Below, piece by piece: positions 9,443-17,741 of a DNA stretch of 56,216 bases. Every line of letters begins with the position of its first letter. The stretch's first letter is position 1. The DNA lies in NCBI GenBank assembly GCA_051959955.1, contig JBQCEU010000021.1, positions 1 through 56,216 on the forward strand, given 5' to 3'. The translations under genes were made by a program, and so were the position numbers. A model generated the notes under the pieces. The model did no database searches, was not told where the DNA came from, and was given only the letters and a program-made list of their open reading frames with translations. Origin of the DNA: Terriglobales bacterium. Its GTDB lineage: Bacteria > Acidobacteriota > Terriglobia > Terriglobales > SCQP01.

Positions 9443-10370
9443 GCCAAGTGAAACCGCGGCGGTCGCGGATGGAACCGTCCTCCGGATCCTGGAACTTGAT
9501 GCTGAGGACCGTCGCGGGCGACTGGGCGGCGCCGGGCAGGACCACGGCACGCCAGTGGGCGCCATGATCAGCGGAGGAGTAGACCTGGTCGCTGCGGGAA
9601 GCGGCCCAGAGCACGCCGGCAACTTCCGTTTCCACGCGCATGACCTGGCCGCCGACCTGCAGGCTGGGCGCGGCGCCGGCGGCCGTGTCCGCCCAGCCCA
9701 TGCTCCAGGGGTTGAGCGCGCTACCGGTGCTCGCCTGGCTGAAGTCCAGCGTCTCATCGCTGGCATAGCTCAGGCGGGATGCCAGGGAAGGCGGAGAGGA
9801 GACCGGTAAAGCCTGGGTGGTGCCGCCCCAGGCGGTGAGCGCCTGCTGCGCCCCAAACTGCGGCGGCTGATCGGCAAAGCCGGTGGAGGACGGAGAAAAG
9901 TGAATGCTGCTGACGACGGTGGGTGGGACTTGCGCAGCAGCAGCCGGAGGTGCCATGGGCAGCGCTACCGGCCGCGCGGTCACGGGCGCGGGGTGAGGCT
10001 TGCGCTTCGCCAGCCGCGGTTGCGCGACCTTGGCTGCGGTCGGACTGGTGACCACGGCTGCTGATGGCGGAAGTGTCGGGTTGGCAGCCGGCACGGCCGG
10101 TACCTGAGTCTGTAACCAGGGCCAGCCCAAGCCAGCCACCAGTACGAGGCTGGCGGCAAGCGCCAAGGGAGGAAGCCAGAATTGGGTCGCCCGCCGCGGC
10201 GGTCTGGCGGCATCCCACAAAAGGATCCCGGCGCAGGCTGCAACCCGGCGGCACTCAGGGCAGCGGTTCAGGTGCGCGGTTACACGCACACGCTCGGCTG
10301 CGCCCAGACCACCCTCAAGCCAGGCGCTGACGCGATTGGCATCCAGATGTTGGTCAGGTGCCATGGGCAT
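9405..10370 (-). CDS. anti-sigma factor (zf-HC2 N-terminus, one TM segment, extracytoplasmic BNR/Ycf48-like C-terminus)
   Basis: HLNRCPECRR (H-x3-C-x2-C), then the hydrophobic span WLPPLALAASLVLVAGL. The C-terminus has SSADHGAHW and THDGGITW Asp-box-like motifs. It overlaps the sigma gene by 17 nt. Confidence 0.75.
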   Translation of the reverse strand: MPMAPDQHLDANRVSAWLEGGLGAAERVRVTAHLNRCPECRRVAACAGILLWDAARPPRRATQFWLPPLALAASLVLVAGLGWPWLQTQVPAVPAANPTLPPSAAVVTSPTAAKVAQPRLAKRKPHPAPVTARPVALPMAPPAAAAQVPPTVVSSIHFSPSSTGFADQPPQFGAQQALTAWGGTTQALPVSSPPSLASRLSYASDETLDFSQASTGSALNPWSMGWADTAAGAAPSLQVGGQVMRVETEVAGVLWAASRSDQVYSSADHGAHWRAVVLPGAAQSPATVLSIKFQDPEDGSIRDRRGFTWLTHDGGITWARH

Positions 10371-11241
10371 TCCTGGGAGCGCGCGTTCCGTGCAGGCTGG
10401 CGCGCACGTCTACATGCAGCCAGCCCGGTTCCATGCCCGCGGCGGTGCGCAATACCGCTTCGCGCGCCGCCGGGCGCAGGCCGAGCCGCGCCAACTGCCG
10501 GCTGACTTCGCGGCGCAAGCGGCGCCCCTGGCCGTTGAGGCGCCGGCTGATGGTGGACTCATGCACACGCTGCAGAAGCGCGATCTCCCGCAGCGTGTGG
10601 CCGTCGAGGTAGTAGAGACTGAGCAGCAGCCGCATCTCCGGCGTCAGGGTGTCGAAGGCCGCGGCCAAGGCGGTTTCCAACGGACGGCACTCCGCCTGCG
10701 AGGCGGCGATTTCCTGATTGGGCTCGACCAACAGGGCGCGCATCCGGTCGGAGTGTTCCAATTCCACGTCCAGCGGGACCTGGTGGCGCTGCTGGCGCCA
10801 GTGGTTGACGTGCGCTTGCGCCAGCAGGGTGCAGAGCCATGCCTCCAAGCTGCCGAGGCCATGATAGGAGAGCAACTTCGAGCCAGTTGCCTCGCCGCCG
10901 GCGCGCAGACCAAACAGGTCGCCCAGCAGGCTGTCGGCCAGCTCCTGCGCGCCCTCCGGGTTGCGCGTCAGGCGCAGCGCGGCGGCCCGCAGGCGGGGTT
11001 GGTAGGTGGTCCAAAGCTGCTCCCAGGCGGATTCCCGTCCCAGGGCGCAGGCCCGCGCCAGTATCAGGTCATCCACATGCAATTGGCGGCGGAAGCGCTG
11101 GCGCTCCCGACCGCCGGCGTCCGCCTGCAAGTAACGGTCTTCGACCGCCTGAAGCCAAGCCTCGGCCTGTTGCGGACTGATGCCGAATGCCTCGGCGCGA
11201 TTGTGCTTGCTGCCGCTGGGAAGATTTGCGGGGGTGGCCAT
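10354..11241 (-). CDS. sigma-70 family (ECF-like) RNA polymerase sigma factor
   Basis: Region 4 HTH: LSLYYLDGHTLREIALLQRVHESTISRRL. A region 2-like segment ends in AHVNHWRQQ. The start was set at the ATG at 11241. Confidence 0.8.
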   Translation of the reverse strand: MATPANLPSGSKHNRAEAFGISPQQAEAWLQAVEDRYLQADAGGRERQRFRRQLHVDDLILARACALGRESAWEQLWTTYQPRLRAAALRLTRNPEGAQELADSLLGDLFGLRAGGEATGSKLLSYHGLGSLEAWLCTLLAQAHVNHWRQQRHQVPLDVELEHSDRMRALLVEPNQEIAASQAECRPLETALAAAFDTLTPEMRLLLSLYYLDGHTLREIALLQRVHESTISRRLNGQGRRLRREVSRQLARLGLRPAAREAVLRTAAGMEPGWLHVDVRASLHGTRAPRNAHGT

Positions 11242-11363
11242 GGACCCTGCTTTCCATCTATTAGACGGCCAGAAGGGAAAATCCCTGCAAAAAAATCCTG
11301 CAAGGTTTGCCACTACGGACGTTCTCCAGTCAAAGGCGGAAAACTCTGACCGGTTCCCGTCTA

Positions 11364-11389
11364 CCGGCGGCGTCATGGGACGCCGCCGG
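11364..11389. other. perfect 11-bp GC-rich hairpin (CCGGCGGCGTC atgg GACGCCGCCGG) in the sigma/mreD divergent gap
   Basis: Read directly from the sequence. There is no flanking T-tract on either strand, so it is not a canonical terminator. Confidence 0.85.
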
Positions 11390-11608
11390 TCCCCCCATCG
11401 GCGACCCTATGCTGCCTCGGCAAGTTGCGCGAGTTTCTCCCTGGTTGACCGCCCTGTGGCTGGCGTTCTGTCTCGGCGCTTTTCTGCTCAGCTTGCATGT
11501 GCGCAGCCAGGATTGGTCCTCCGCCAAGCAGGCGTCCGCCGCGCATCCCGTATCGAGCACGGTTCTGCCGCTATAGAGGATTACGGGCAGGGCGGGGAAG
11601 CAGCTACA

Positions 11609-12142
11609 ATGAGAGCTGCCGTGCCGCAGATCTTCAGCACCTCTCGCGCCGAAGCGACGGTGTTCCGCTTTCCACCGCTTTTCTTTCCTCTGCTGTGCGC
11701 GCTGGCGTTGATCCTGCAGGCGTACTTGCCGGTGCTTTTGCACGCGGCCGTCTACCTGGATTTGCCGCTGCTGGCGGTGGTCTACTGGGCTACGACCAAC
11801 CGCCATGCCGGACCCTCGAGCCTGATGGGGGCGGTGCTGGGGTTGGCCCAAGACAGCCTTTCGCATCTGGCTCTAGGCATGAATGGGATTGCCAAAACCC
11901 TGATCGGGTATGTGGACGCCTCCCTGGGCGCCCGCATGGATGCCGACCATCCAGGGATGCGCCTGCTGCTGGTGTTTGCCTGCTTCGAATTCAACCGCAG
12001 CCTGATTTACTTTTTTGAACGCTTCCTGATGGGTACACCGGTGCTCTGGCAGGGAACAACCATGGCATTGGCGGCGGTAGTCAACGGGCTGGTTGCCGTG
12101 GTTCTTTTCCATGGCCTCGACCGCTTCCGCCACTGGATGTAG
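11609..12142 (+). CDS. mreD: rod shape-determining protein MreD
   Basis: 177 aa with about 5 TM segments, directly upstream of mrdA-rodA. GC3 is low upstream of the ATG at 11609, so the longer track ORF was trimmed. Confidence 0.75.
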   Translation: MRAAVPQIFSTSRAEATVFRFPPLFFPLLCALALILQAYLPVLLHAAVYLDLPLLAVVYWATTNRHAGPSSLMGAVLGLAQDSLSHLALGMNGIAKTLIGYVDASLGARMDADHPGMRLLLVFACFEFNRSLIYFFERFLMGTPVLWQGTTMALAAVVNGLVAVVLFHGLDRFRHWM

Positions 12143-12163
12143 ACCTTATTCGGCCTGGCCAAG

Positions 12164-13948
12164 ATGGAGATACTGGATCGCAACGACAAGCTGCCGGCCC
12201 GACGGATGCGTCTGGTGGAAGTGTTGATCGTGATGGGCTTTCTGGGTCTGGCGTTCGGGCTCTGGCAATTGCAAATCCTGCAGGCGGCGAAGTATGCGGC
12301 TTTGGCGCAGCAAAATCGCATTCGCACCGAGCCCATACCGGCCCCCCGGGGGCGCATCTATGACCGGCGCGGACGGCTGCTGGTGGACAACTATCCGTCT
12401 TTCACGGCCTATTTGCAGCGGGACAGCAATCCCGGTTGGCGCAAGGACCTGGCCGGCATTGCCCAGGGGCTTTTTCTCAACCTCGACGAGCTGCAGGGAA
12501 CGATTGCCAATTACAGTTCCGCACCCGTTTTTCAACCCATCCCCATCAAGGAAGACATCACGGTCGCCGATGAGGCGTTCATCGCCGCGCATCGCGATCA
12601 GTACCCGGAGCTGGAGACGGTGATGGCCAGCCGCCGGTTGTATCCCAAGAACGGCTTTGCCGCCAACCTGATCGGCTATGTGGGCGAACCCACGCCCCGG
12701 CAGATGGCGGCGCGCGACCTGAGTCCGGGCACGGTGGTGGGCAAGTCGGGACTGGAGGCCTATTACAACCGCCAACTGATGGGCCGCGATGGCGAGCGGC
12801 GCGTGGTGGTGGACAGCCGGGGACATGTGATGGGCACGCTGTCCGACACGCCCCCGGTGGCCGGACATGACCTTCACCTCACGCTGGATGAGGACATACA
12901 GATGGCGGCGGAGACGGCCCTGGGCGACCGCCCGGGCGCGGTCATCGCGCTCGATCCGCGCACCGGCGGCGTGCTGGCGCTGGTGAGCCGGCCGACGTTC
13001 GACCCCAACCTGTTCGTGCAGGGCCTCAGCAACGAGCAGTGGCAGCAGTGGGTGAACGATCCCGAACATCCGCTGTTGGACAAGGCCATCCAGGCGCAGT
13101 TGGCGCCGGGATCGGTGTTCAAGCTGGTGATGTCGGTGGCCGGGCTGCAGCAGGATATCGCCGAAAAACTGCAGGTGGACTGCGAGGGAACCTTCACCTA
13201 TTACGGGCATGTGTACCACTGTTTCCACGGCGAAAAGCACGGGCTGCTCAATATTCAGCACGCCATCACCAAGTCGTGCGACGTGTACTTTTACACCCTG
13301 GGCAGCGAGATGGGCATCAACCTCATTGATCAATACGCACACGGGTTGGGCCTGGGGCAGCGCACCGGCATTGATCTGCCCGATGAGGCCCGGGGGCTGG
13401 TGCCCGGCCCGGCATGGAAGGAGGCGCATTTGCACCAGCCCTGGTACCGGGGCGAGACCATTGACGTCTCGATCGGCCAGGGAGCGTTGACGGTGACGCC
13501 GGTGCAGTTGGCGCGGCTGGCGGGGGGGATTGCTTCCGGGGGCGATTTTCCCGTGCCCCACGTGAACGCGGAGGACCAGAATACCGCCGGCTTTCACTTC
13601 CCCATCGCGCCCGCCACGGCGGCCACCATCGTGGCCGGCATGCGCGGGGTGGTGAATGACGGCGGCACGGCGGCCAGCGCGCACCTCGAAGGCGTGGACT
13701 TCGGCGGCAAGACCGGCACCGCCCAGACCATCTCCAACCAGGCGCTGAAGACCATAACCGGCTCGCGCAGCCGGTATGTGGACAATGCCTGGTTCGTCGG
13801 ACTCTCGCCGGTGGAGAACCCCGGGATCGCGGTCTGCGTGCTGTTTGAACGCGGCGCCATGGGTTCCAATGCCGCCCAGATCGCCGCGCGCGTGGTGCAG
13901 GCGTATTGGCGGACGCAGGCGCACCCGGCGGCGGCCCAGGACCAATGA
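12164..13948 (+). CDS. mrdA: penicillin-binding protein 2 (elongasome transpeptidase)
   Basis: 594 aa. N-terminal TM segment, a dimerisation domain, and GSVFK (SxxK) plus KTGTA motifs. Confidence 0.95.
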   Translation: MEILDRNDKLPARRMRLVEVLIVMGFLGLAFGLWQLQILQAAKYAALAQQNRIRTEPIPAPRGRIYDRRGRLLVDNYPSFTAYLQRDSNPGWRKDLAGIAQGLFLNLDELQGTIANYSSAPVFQPIPIKEDITVADEAFIAAHRDQYPELETVMASRRLYPKNGFAANLIGYVGEPTPRQMAARDLSPGTVVGKSGLEAYYNRQLMGRDGERRVVVDSRGHVMGTLSDTPPVAGHDLHLTLDEDIQMAAETALGDRPGAVIALDPRTGGVLALVSRPTFDPNLFVQGLSNEQWQQWVNDPEHPLLDKAIQAQLAPGSVFKLVMSVAGLQQDIAEKLQVDCEGTFTYYGHVYHCFHGEKHGLLNIQHAITKSCDVYFYTLGSEMGINLIDQYAHGLGLGQRTGIDLPDEARGLVPGPAWKEAHLHQPWYRGETIDVSIGQGALTVTPVQLARLAGGIASGGDFPVPHVNAEDQNTAGFHFPIAPATAATIVAGMRGVVNDGGTAASAHLEGVDFGGKTGTAQTISNQALKTITGSRSRYVDNAWFVGLSPVENPGIAVCVLFERGAMGSNAAQIAARVVQAYWRTQAHPAAAQDQ

Positions 13949-15021
13949 TGCGCTGGCGCGACCTGGACTGGCTGTTGCTGGGGCTGATGATTTTCATCGC
14001 CGCGATGGGGGTGATGGAGATCCACAGCGCCACGATCGCCACCAAATTCGCTCCGGTTTGGGTCAAGCAGGTCTATTTTCTGGCTGCCGGCATCGGGCTG
14101 TTGCTGGTGTTCAGCCGGGTGGATTACAAGCTCATTCTGGAGGCTTGTCCCTGGCTTTATGTGCTCTCGGTGGCGGCGCTGGCCGGAGTGCTGGTGCTGG
14201 GGCGGGCCATCTTTCACTCGCGGCGATGGATTCCCGTGGCGGGTTCGCACCTGCAGGTGTCAGAATTCGTCAAGCTCGTTATAATTGTAGTGGTAGCGCG
14301 GTACTGTGGGGCAGCGCGTCCCAGCCTCGCCTGGAAAGATGTGGCGCGGGTGGGTGCGTTGGTCGGTGTGCCGGCGGCTTTGGTGCTGCTGGAACCGGAC
14401 CTGGGCACGGCCCTGACTTACATACCCGTAGCCCTGGTGGGGCTGCTGCTCGGCGGTATGCGCTGGCGGCAGTTCGGGATGCTGGCGCTGTGCGGCCTGT
14501 TGCTGCTGCCGGTGGCCTGGCACTTCCTACACCCCTACCAGAAAGGGCGCATTGTCGGCTTCATGGAGCCGCAGGCGGATCCGCTGGGAAGCGGCTATCA
14601 GGTTTTGCAGTCGAAGATTGCGGTAGGTGCGGGAGGTTTTTGGGGCCAGGGCATGGCCCAGGGTTCACAAACGCGGGGCCGGTTTTTACCCGTTCCGCAT
14701 ACGGATTTCATATTTGCCGCCTTCGCCGAGGAATACGGCTTTGCCGGCGCGCTGTTGCTGCTGGGACTGTATCTGCTTTTGCTGTTGCGGCTGGTACACA
14801 TTGCCCGGTTGGCACCGGACCGAAGCGCCGGGATGGTGGTGATGGGCGTGGTGGCGATTTTGGCGTTCCACGTCCTGATCAACGTGGGTATGGTGGTGGG
14901 CTTGGCGCCGGTCACAGGCATCCCGCTGCCGCTGATGAGTTCGGGAGGATCTTCCTTGCTGTTCATGTTTGCTGCCGCCGGGATGGTGATGAACATCCGC
15001 ATGGCGAGGTTTGTGAACTGA
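13945..15021 (+). CDS. rodA: SEDS-family peptidoglycan glycosyltransferase RodA
   Basis: ATGA overlap with the mrdA stop. Polytopic membrane protein with FAEEYGF and PLPLMSSGGSS motifs. Confidence 0.95.
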   Translation: MMRWRDLDWLLLGLMIFIAAMGVMEIHSATIATKFAPVWVKQVYFLAAGIGLLLVFSRVDYKLILEACPWLYVLSVAALAGVLVLGRAIFHSRRWIPVAGSHLQVSEFVKLVIIVVVARYCGAARPSLAWKDVARVGALVGVPAALVLLEPDLGTALTYIPVALVGLLLGGMRWRQFGMLALCGLLLLPVAWHFLHPYQKGRIVGFMEPQADPLGSGYQVLQSKIAVGAGGFWGQGMAQGSQTRGRFLPVPHTDFIFAAFAEEYGFAGALLLLGLYLLLLLRLVHIARLAPDRSAGMVVMGVVAILAFHVLINVGMVVGLAPVTGIPLPLMSSGGSSLLFMFAAAGMVMNIRMARFVN

Positions 15022-15117
15022 ACCGCCTTTGCCAACGATTTTTCCTGGCGTTGCGCCGGCCCCCGGGCCCAGGGCGCGATGCCGCAGCCGGCGGCCGGAG
15101 GGCCGCTGGGAGGATGC

Positions 15118-17484
15118 ATGAACAAGGAATTGTACGTATCGTCCACACCCCATGAGACCCGTCTGGCGCTGACCGAAGACGGCGAGGTGGCGGAAGTCTA
15201 TTACGAGCGCGAGAAGGAGTATTCGCTCGCCGGCTCCATCTACAAGGGACGCGTGACCCGGGTGCTGCCCGGCATGCAGTCGGCGTTTGTGGACATCGGG
15301 CTGGAGCGCGATGCGTTCCTGTACGTGTCCGACTTTTTCGAGGACAGCGAGGAGTACGACCGGGTGGTGAGCGAGGCCGAGAACGCGGTGGCCAAGCAAC
15401 TGGAGCGTCCGGGGACGGGAGCGGCGCCGGCGGCGGCGCCGGAAGCCGGCGCCCCGGCCACCGACGACGGCCGACGGAGCCGGCGGGGCGGACGGCAGCG
15501 CGGCCGCCGTGGCCGCGGCAGCTTCATACCCGAGGAGAAGTTTGCCCGCCCCGAGGCCGTTTCCAGCCCGGCGGACGGCGGCGAGGAAGCCGAACCGGCC
15601 GCGGCGGAGGTGGGGGGCGGGATGCCGGAGGGCGCGGAGGCGGAGCCCAGCGCGGCCCCGGCGCCGCGGCCCGTGACGCCACCCCTGGCCCTGGTGCTGC
15701 CGGGCGAATCTCTGGCCAAGTACCGCCAGCCCTCACCGGCCGCGCCCGTGGCGCCCCGGCCGCCGGCGGTCCCGGTCGCCGCCGAGCCGCGGCACGCCCC
15801 GGCCAGTGCGCCGGCGCCTGAGCCGCCGCCCAATGCCGCGGCCCTGGTGCTGCCGGGCGAGTCGCTGGCCAAGTACCGCTCGACGGCGCCGGCGGCTCCG
15901 TCCGCCGAGGTGGAGCTCGATCCGGGAGCGGAGGCGATGGCCGCCGAGCAGGCCGAGGAACTGCAAGAGCGGGCGGAAAGGGAAGATGCCGTGGCGCGCG
16001 GCGAGGAGGAGGAACCCGCCGCGGAGGAGTTGGACGGCGCCGAGCCGGACGAGGGGACGGTGGAAGAGGCCCGCGCCGAGTTGCGGGGGCCGGAGGCGGA
16101 AGCGCGTTTGCAGATGCCATCCCGCGGCCCGGAGGGGCAACCGGGGCGGCGGGGACGCCACCGCCGCCGCCGTCGCGGGGGCAGTGAGAGGACGGCGGCC
16201 CCGGAGGCCGCGCCCGCGGCCGCTCCCGTGGCAGCCGCCCCGCAAGAACCGCGGCGGGAACGGGAAGGCAAGAACGAATCCAGCCGCCTGATCGGTGACC
16301 TGCTGCATGAAGGGCAGGAGATTCTGATTCAAATCGCCAAGGAGCCGTTGGGCAAGAAGGGGGCGCGGATCACCAGCCACCTGGCGCTTCCCGGCCGCTT
16401 CCTGGTGTACATGCCCACCGTGCACCACATCGGCGTCTCGCGCAAGATCGGCTCCGACGAGGAGCGGGCGCGGTTGAAGCGCTTCATTCTGGAGAATACC
16501 CAGAATTTGCCGGGTGGGTTCATTGTGCGCACCGCCGCGGCGGGGGCGCAGGAAGAGGAGCTGCAGGCTGACATCCGTCTGCTGGCCAGCCAGTGGAATG
16601 ACCTGCGGCAGCAGTTCGAACAGGTGAAGGCGCCGGCGCTGCTGCACCACGACCTGAACCTGGTGGAGCGCACGCTCCGCGATCAGCTTTCCAGCGATTT
16701 CATTCACATCTGGGTGGATAGCGACGAGCAGTACCAGCGGGTGGTGAAGTTCGTCAGCTACTTCATGCCGCAGTTGACCGACCGGGTGCGGCTGTACACG
16801 CGCGACGAGCCGCTGTTCGAGCACGCGGGGCTGCAGGCCGAGATCAACAAGGCGCTGCAGAGCAAGGTGTGGCTGAAGAGCGGCGGCTATATCGTGCTCA
16901 ACCAGACTGAGGCGCTGGTGGCGATTGATGTCAATACCGGCAAATTCGTAGGCAAGTCCAGCCGCCTGGAAGACACCATCGTCAAGACCAACGTGGAGGC
17001 CATTCGCGAGATTGTGCGCCAGATCCGGCTGCGGGATTTGGGCGGCATCATCGTCATTGACTTCATTGACATGGACGAGAAGCGCAACCGCCAGAAGGTC
17101 ATGCAGGCGCTGGAGGAGGAGATGCGGGCCGACCGCGCCCCGTCGAAGATCCTGGCCTTCAACGATTTTGGCCTGGTGGCGCTGACCCGCAAGCGGGTCA
17201 AGCAATCGCTGGAGCGGACCCTGGGCAGCCCCTGCCCGTACTGCGAGGGCGTGGGGCTGGTCAAATCGCCGGTGACGGTGTGCAATGAAATCTATTCGGA
17301 AGTGAAGAAACTGGCGCCCAGCATCGAACGCGAGGATCTGGTGCTGCGGGTCAATCCGGAAGTGGCCAAGGTGCTGAAGGCACAGGGTGCGCAACGGCTG
17401 CGGGAGATGGAGGAGGTGGCGCGCAAGGCCCTATCGGTGCGTCCGGATCCGCAGGTGCACCAGGGGCAGTTCGAGATTTATTGA
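15118..17484 (+). CDS. RNase E/G family endoribonuclease with a ~300-aa disordered insert inside the S1 domain
   Basis: S1 start GSIYKGRVTRVLPGMQSAFVDIGLERDAFLYVSD. The catalytic core resumes at GQEILIQIAKEPLGKKGARITSHLALPGRFLVYMP. Also DVNTGKF and CPYCEG motifs. GGGAGG Shine-Dalgarno before the ATG at 15118. Confidence 0.93.
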   Translation: MNKELYVSSTPHETRLALTEDGEVAEVYYEREKEYSLAGSIYKGRVTRVLPGMQSAFVDIGLERDAFLYVSDFFEDSEEYDRVVSEAENAVAKQLERPGTGAAPAAAPEAGAPATDDGRRSRRGGRQRGRRGRGSFIPEEKFARPEAVSSPADGGEEAEPAAAEVGGGMPEGAEAEPSAAPAPRPVTPPLALVLPGESLAKYRQPSPAAPVAPRPPAVPVAAEPRHAPASAPAPEPPPNAAALVLPGESLAKYRSTAPAAPSAEVELDPGAEAMAAEQAEELQERAEREDAVARGEEEEPAAEELDGAEPDEGTVEEARAELRGPEAEARLQMPSRGPEGQPGRRGRHRRRRRGGSERTAAPEAAPAAAPVAAAPQEPRREREGKNESSRLIGDLLHEGQEILIQIAKEPLGKKGARITSHLALPGRFLVYMPTVHHIGVSRKIGSDEERARLKRFILENTQNLPGGFIVRTAAAGAQEEELQADIRLLASQWNDLRQQFEQVKAPALLHHDLNLVERTLRDQLSSDFIHIWVDSDEQYQRVVKFVSYFMPQLTDRVRLYTRDEPLFEHAGLQAEINKALQSKVWLKSGGYIVLNQTEALVAIDVNTGKFVGKSSRLEDTIVKTNVEAIREIVRQIRLRDLGGIIVIDFIDMDEKRNRQKVMQALEEEMRADRAPSKILAFNDFGLVALTRKRVKQSLERTLGSPCPYCEGVGLVKSPVTVCNEIYSEVKKLAPSIEREDLVLRVNPEVAKVLKAQGAQRLREMEEVARKALSVRPDPQVHQGQFEIY
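15688..15879 (+). repeat. two 39-nt direct repeats (37/39 identical) 153 nt apart, both encoding ALVLPGESLAKYR
   Basis: Copies at 15688-15726 and 15841-15879 were compared base by base. Both lie in frame within the RNase E/G insert. Confidence 0.9.
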
Positions 17485-17496
17485 GGGGCTTATCCT

Positions 17497-17739
17497 ATGT
17501 TTATTGAGAAGCTGGAGCCGGCGGCGGCGCAGGCGGCGATTGCCGCCGGCCGCCAGGTCTACGAGTGGTAGACGAAGGATCCGCACCAGTTGCCGATCGT
17601 GGGGCCGGCCTATGACGACCACCCCAGCCGCAATCGGGCGAAACGGGAAGGCCGCTATGCCGAGACGCTGGCCGAGGCGCAGGCGGCGGCCCGCAATATG
17701 AAGACGGAAATCTCGCTGGTGTTCTTTTTGACGGAGTAA
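17497..17739 (+). pseudogene. 80-codon ORF with an in-frame TAG at 17569-17571 (nonsense pseudogene, read-through candidate, or two mini-ORFs)
   Basis: GC3 is about 87% over the 24 codons before the TAG and about 84% over the 55 codons after it, in the same frame. The TAA at 17737-17739 sits 2 nt before the pdxS ATG. Confidence 0.35.
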
Positions 17740-17741
17740 CC

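Noticed and set aside
11375-11608. Longer mreD starting at the ATG in the hairpin loop (11375)
   Set aside because: Third-position G+C in that extension is only about 55%, versus over 80% in the real genes. The translated extension is Arg/Ser/Ala-rich with no MreD-like helices.
12146-13945. 599-aa minus-strand ORF antisense to mrdA
   Set aside because: No motifs and an Arg/Gly/His-rich composition. The plus strand encodes a clear PBP2 with SxxK and KTG motifs.
15733-17394. 553-aa minus-strand ORF antisense to RNase E/G
   Set aside because: Shadow ORF. The plus frame carries S1 and RNase E/G catalytic motifs.
17569-17571. TAG read as pyrrolysine
   Set aside because: There is no pylTSBCD context in the window, and Pyl use is not expected in this lineage. 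Nonsense mutation, read-through or two mini-ORFs are more parsimonious explanations.
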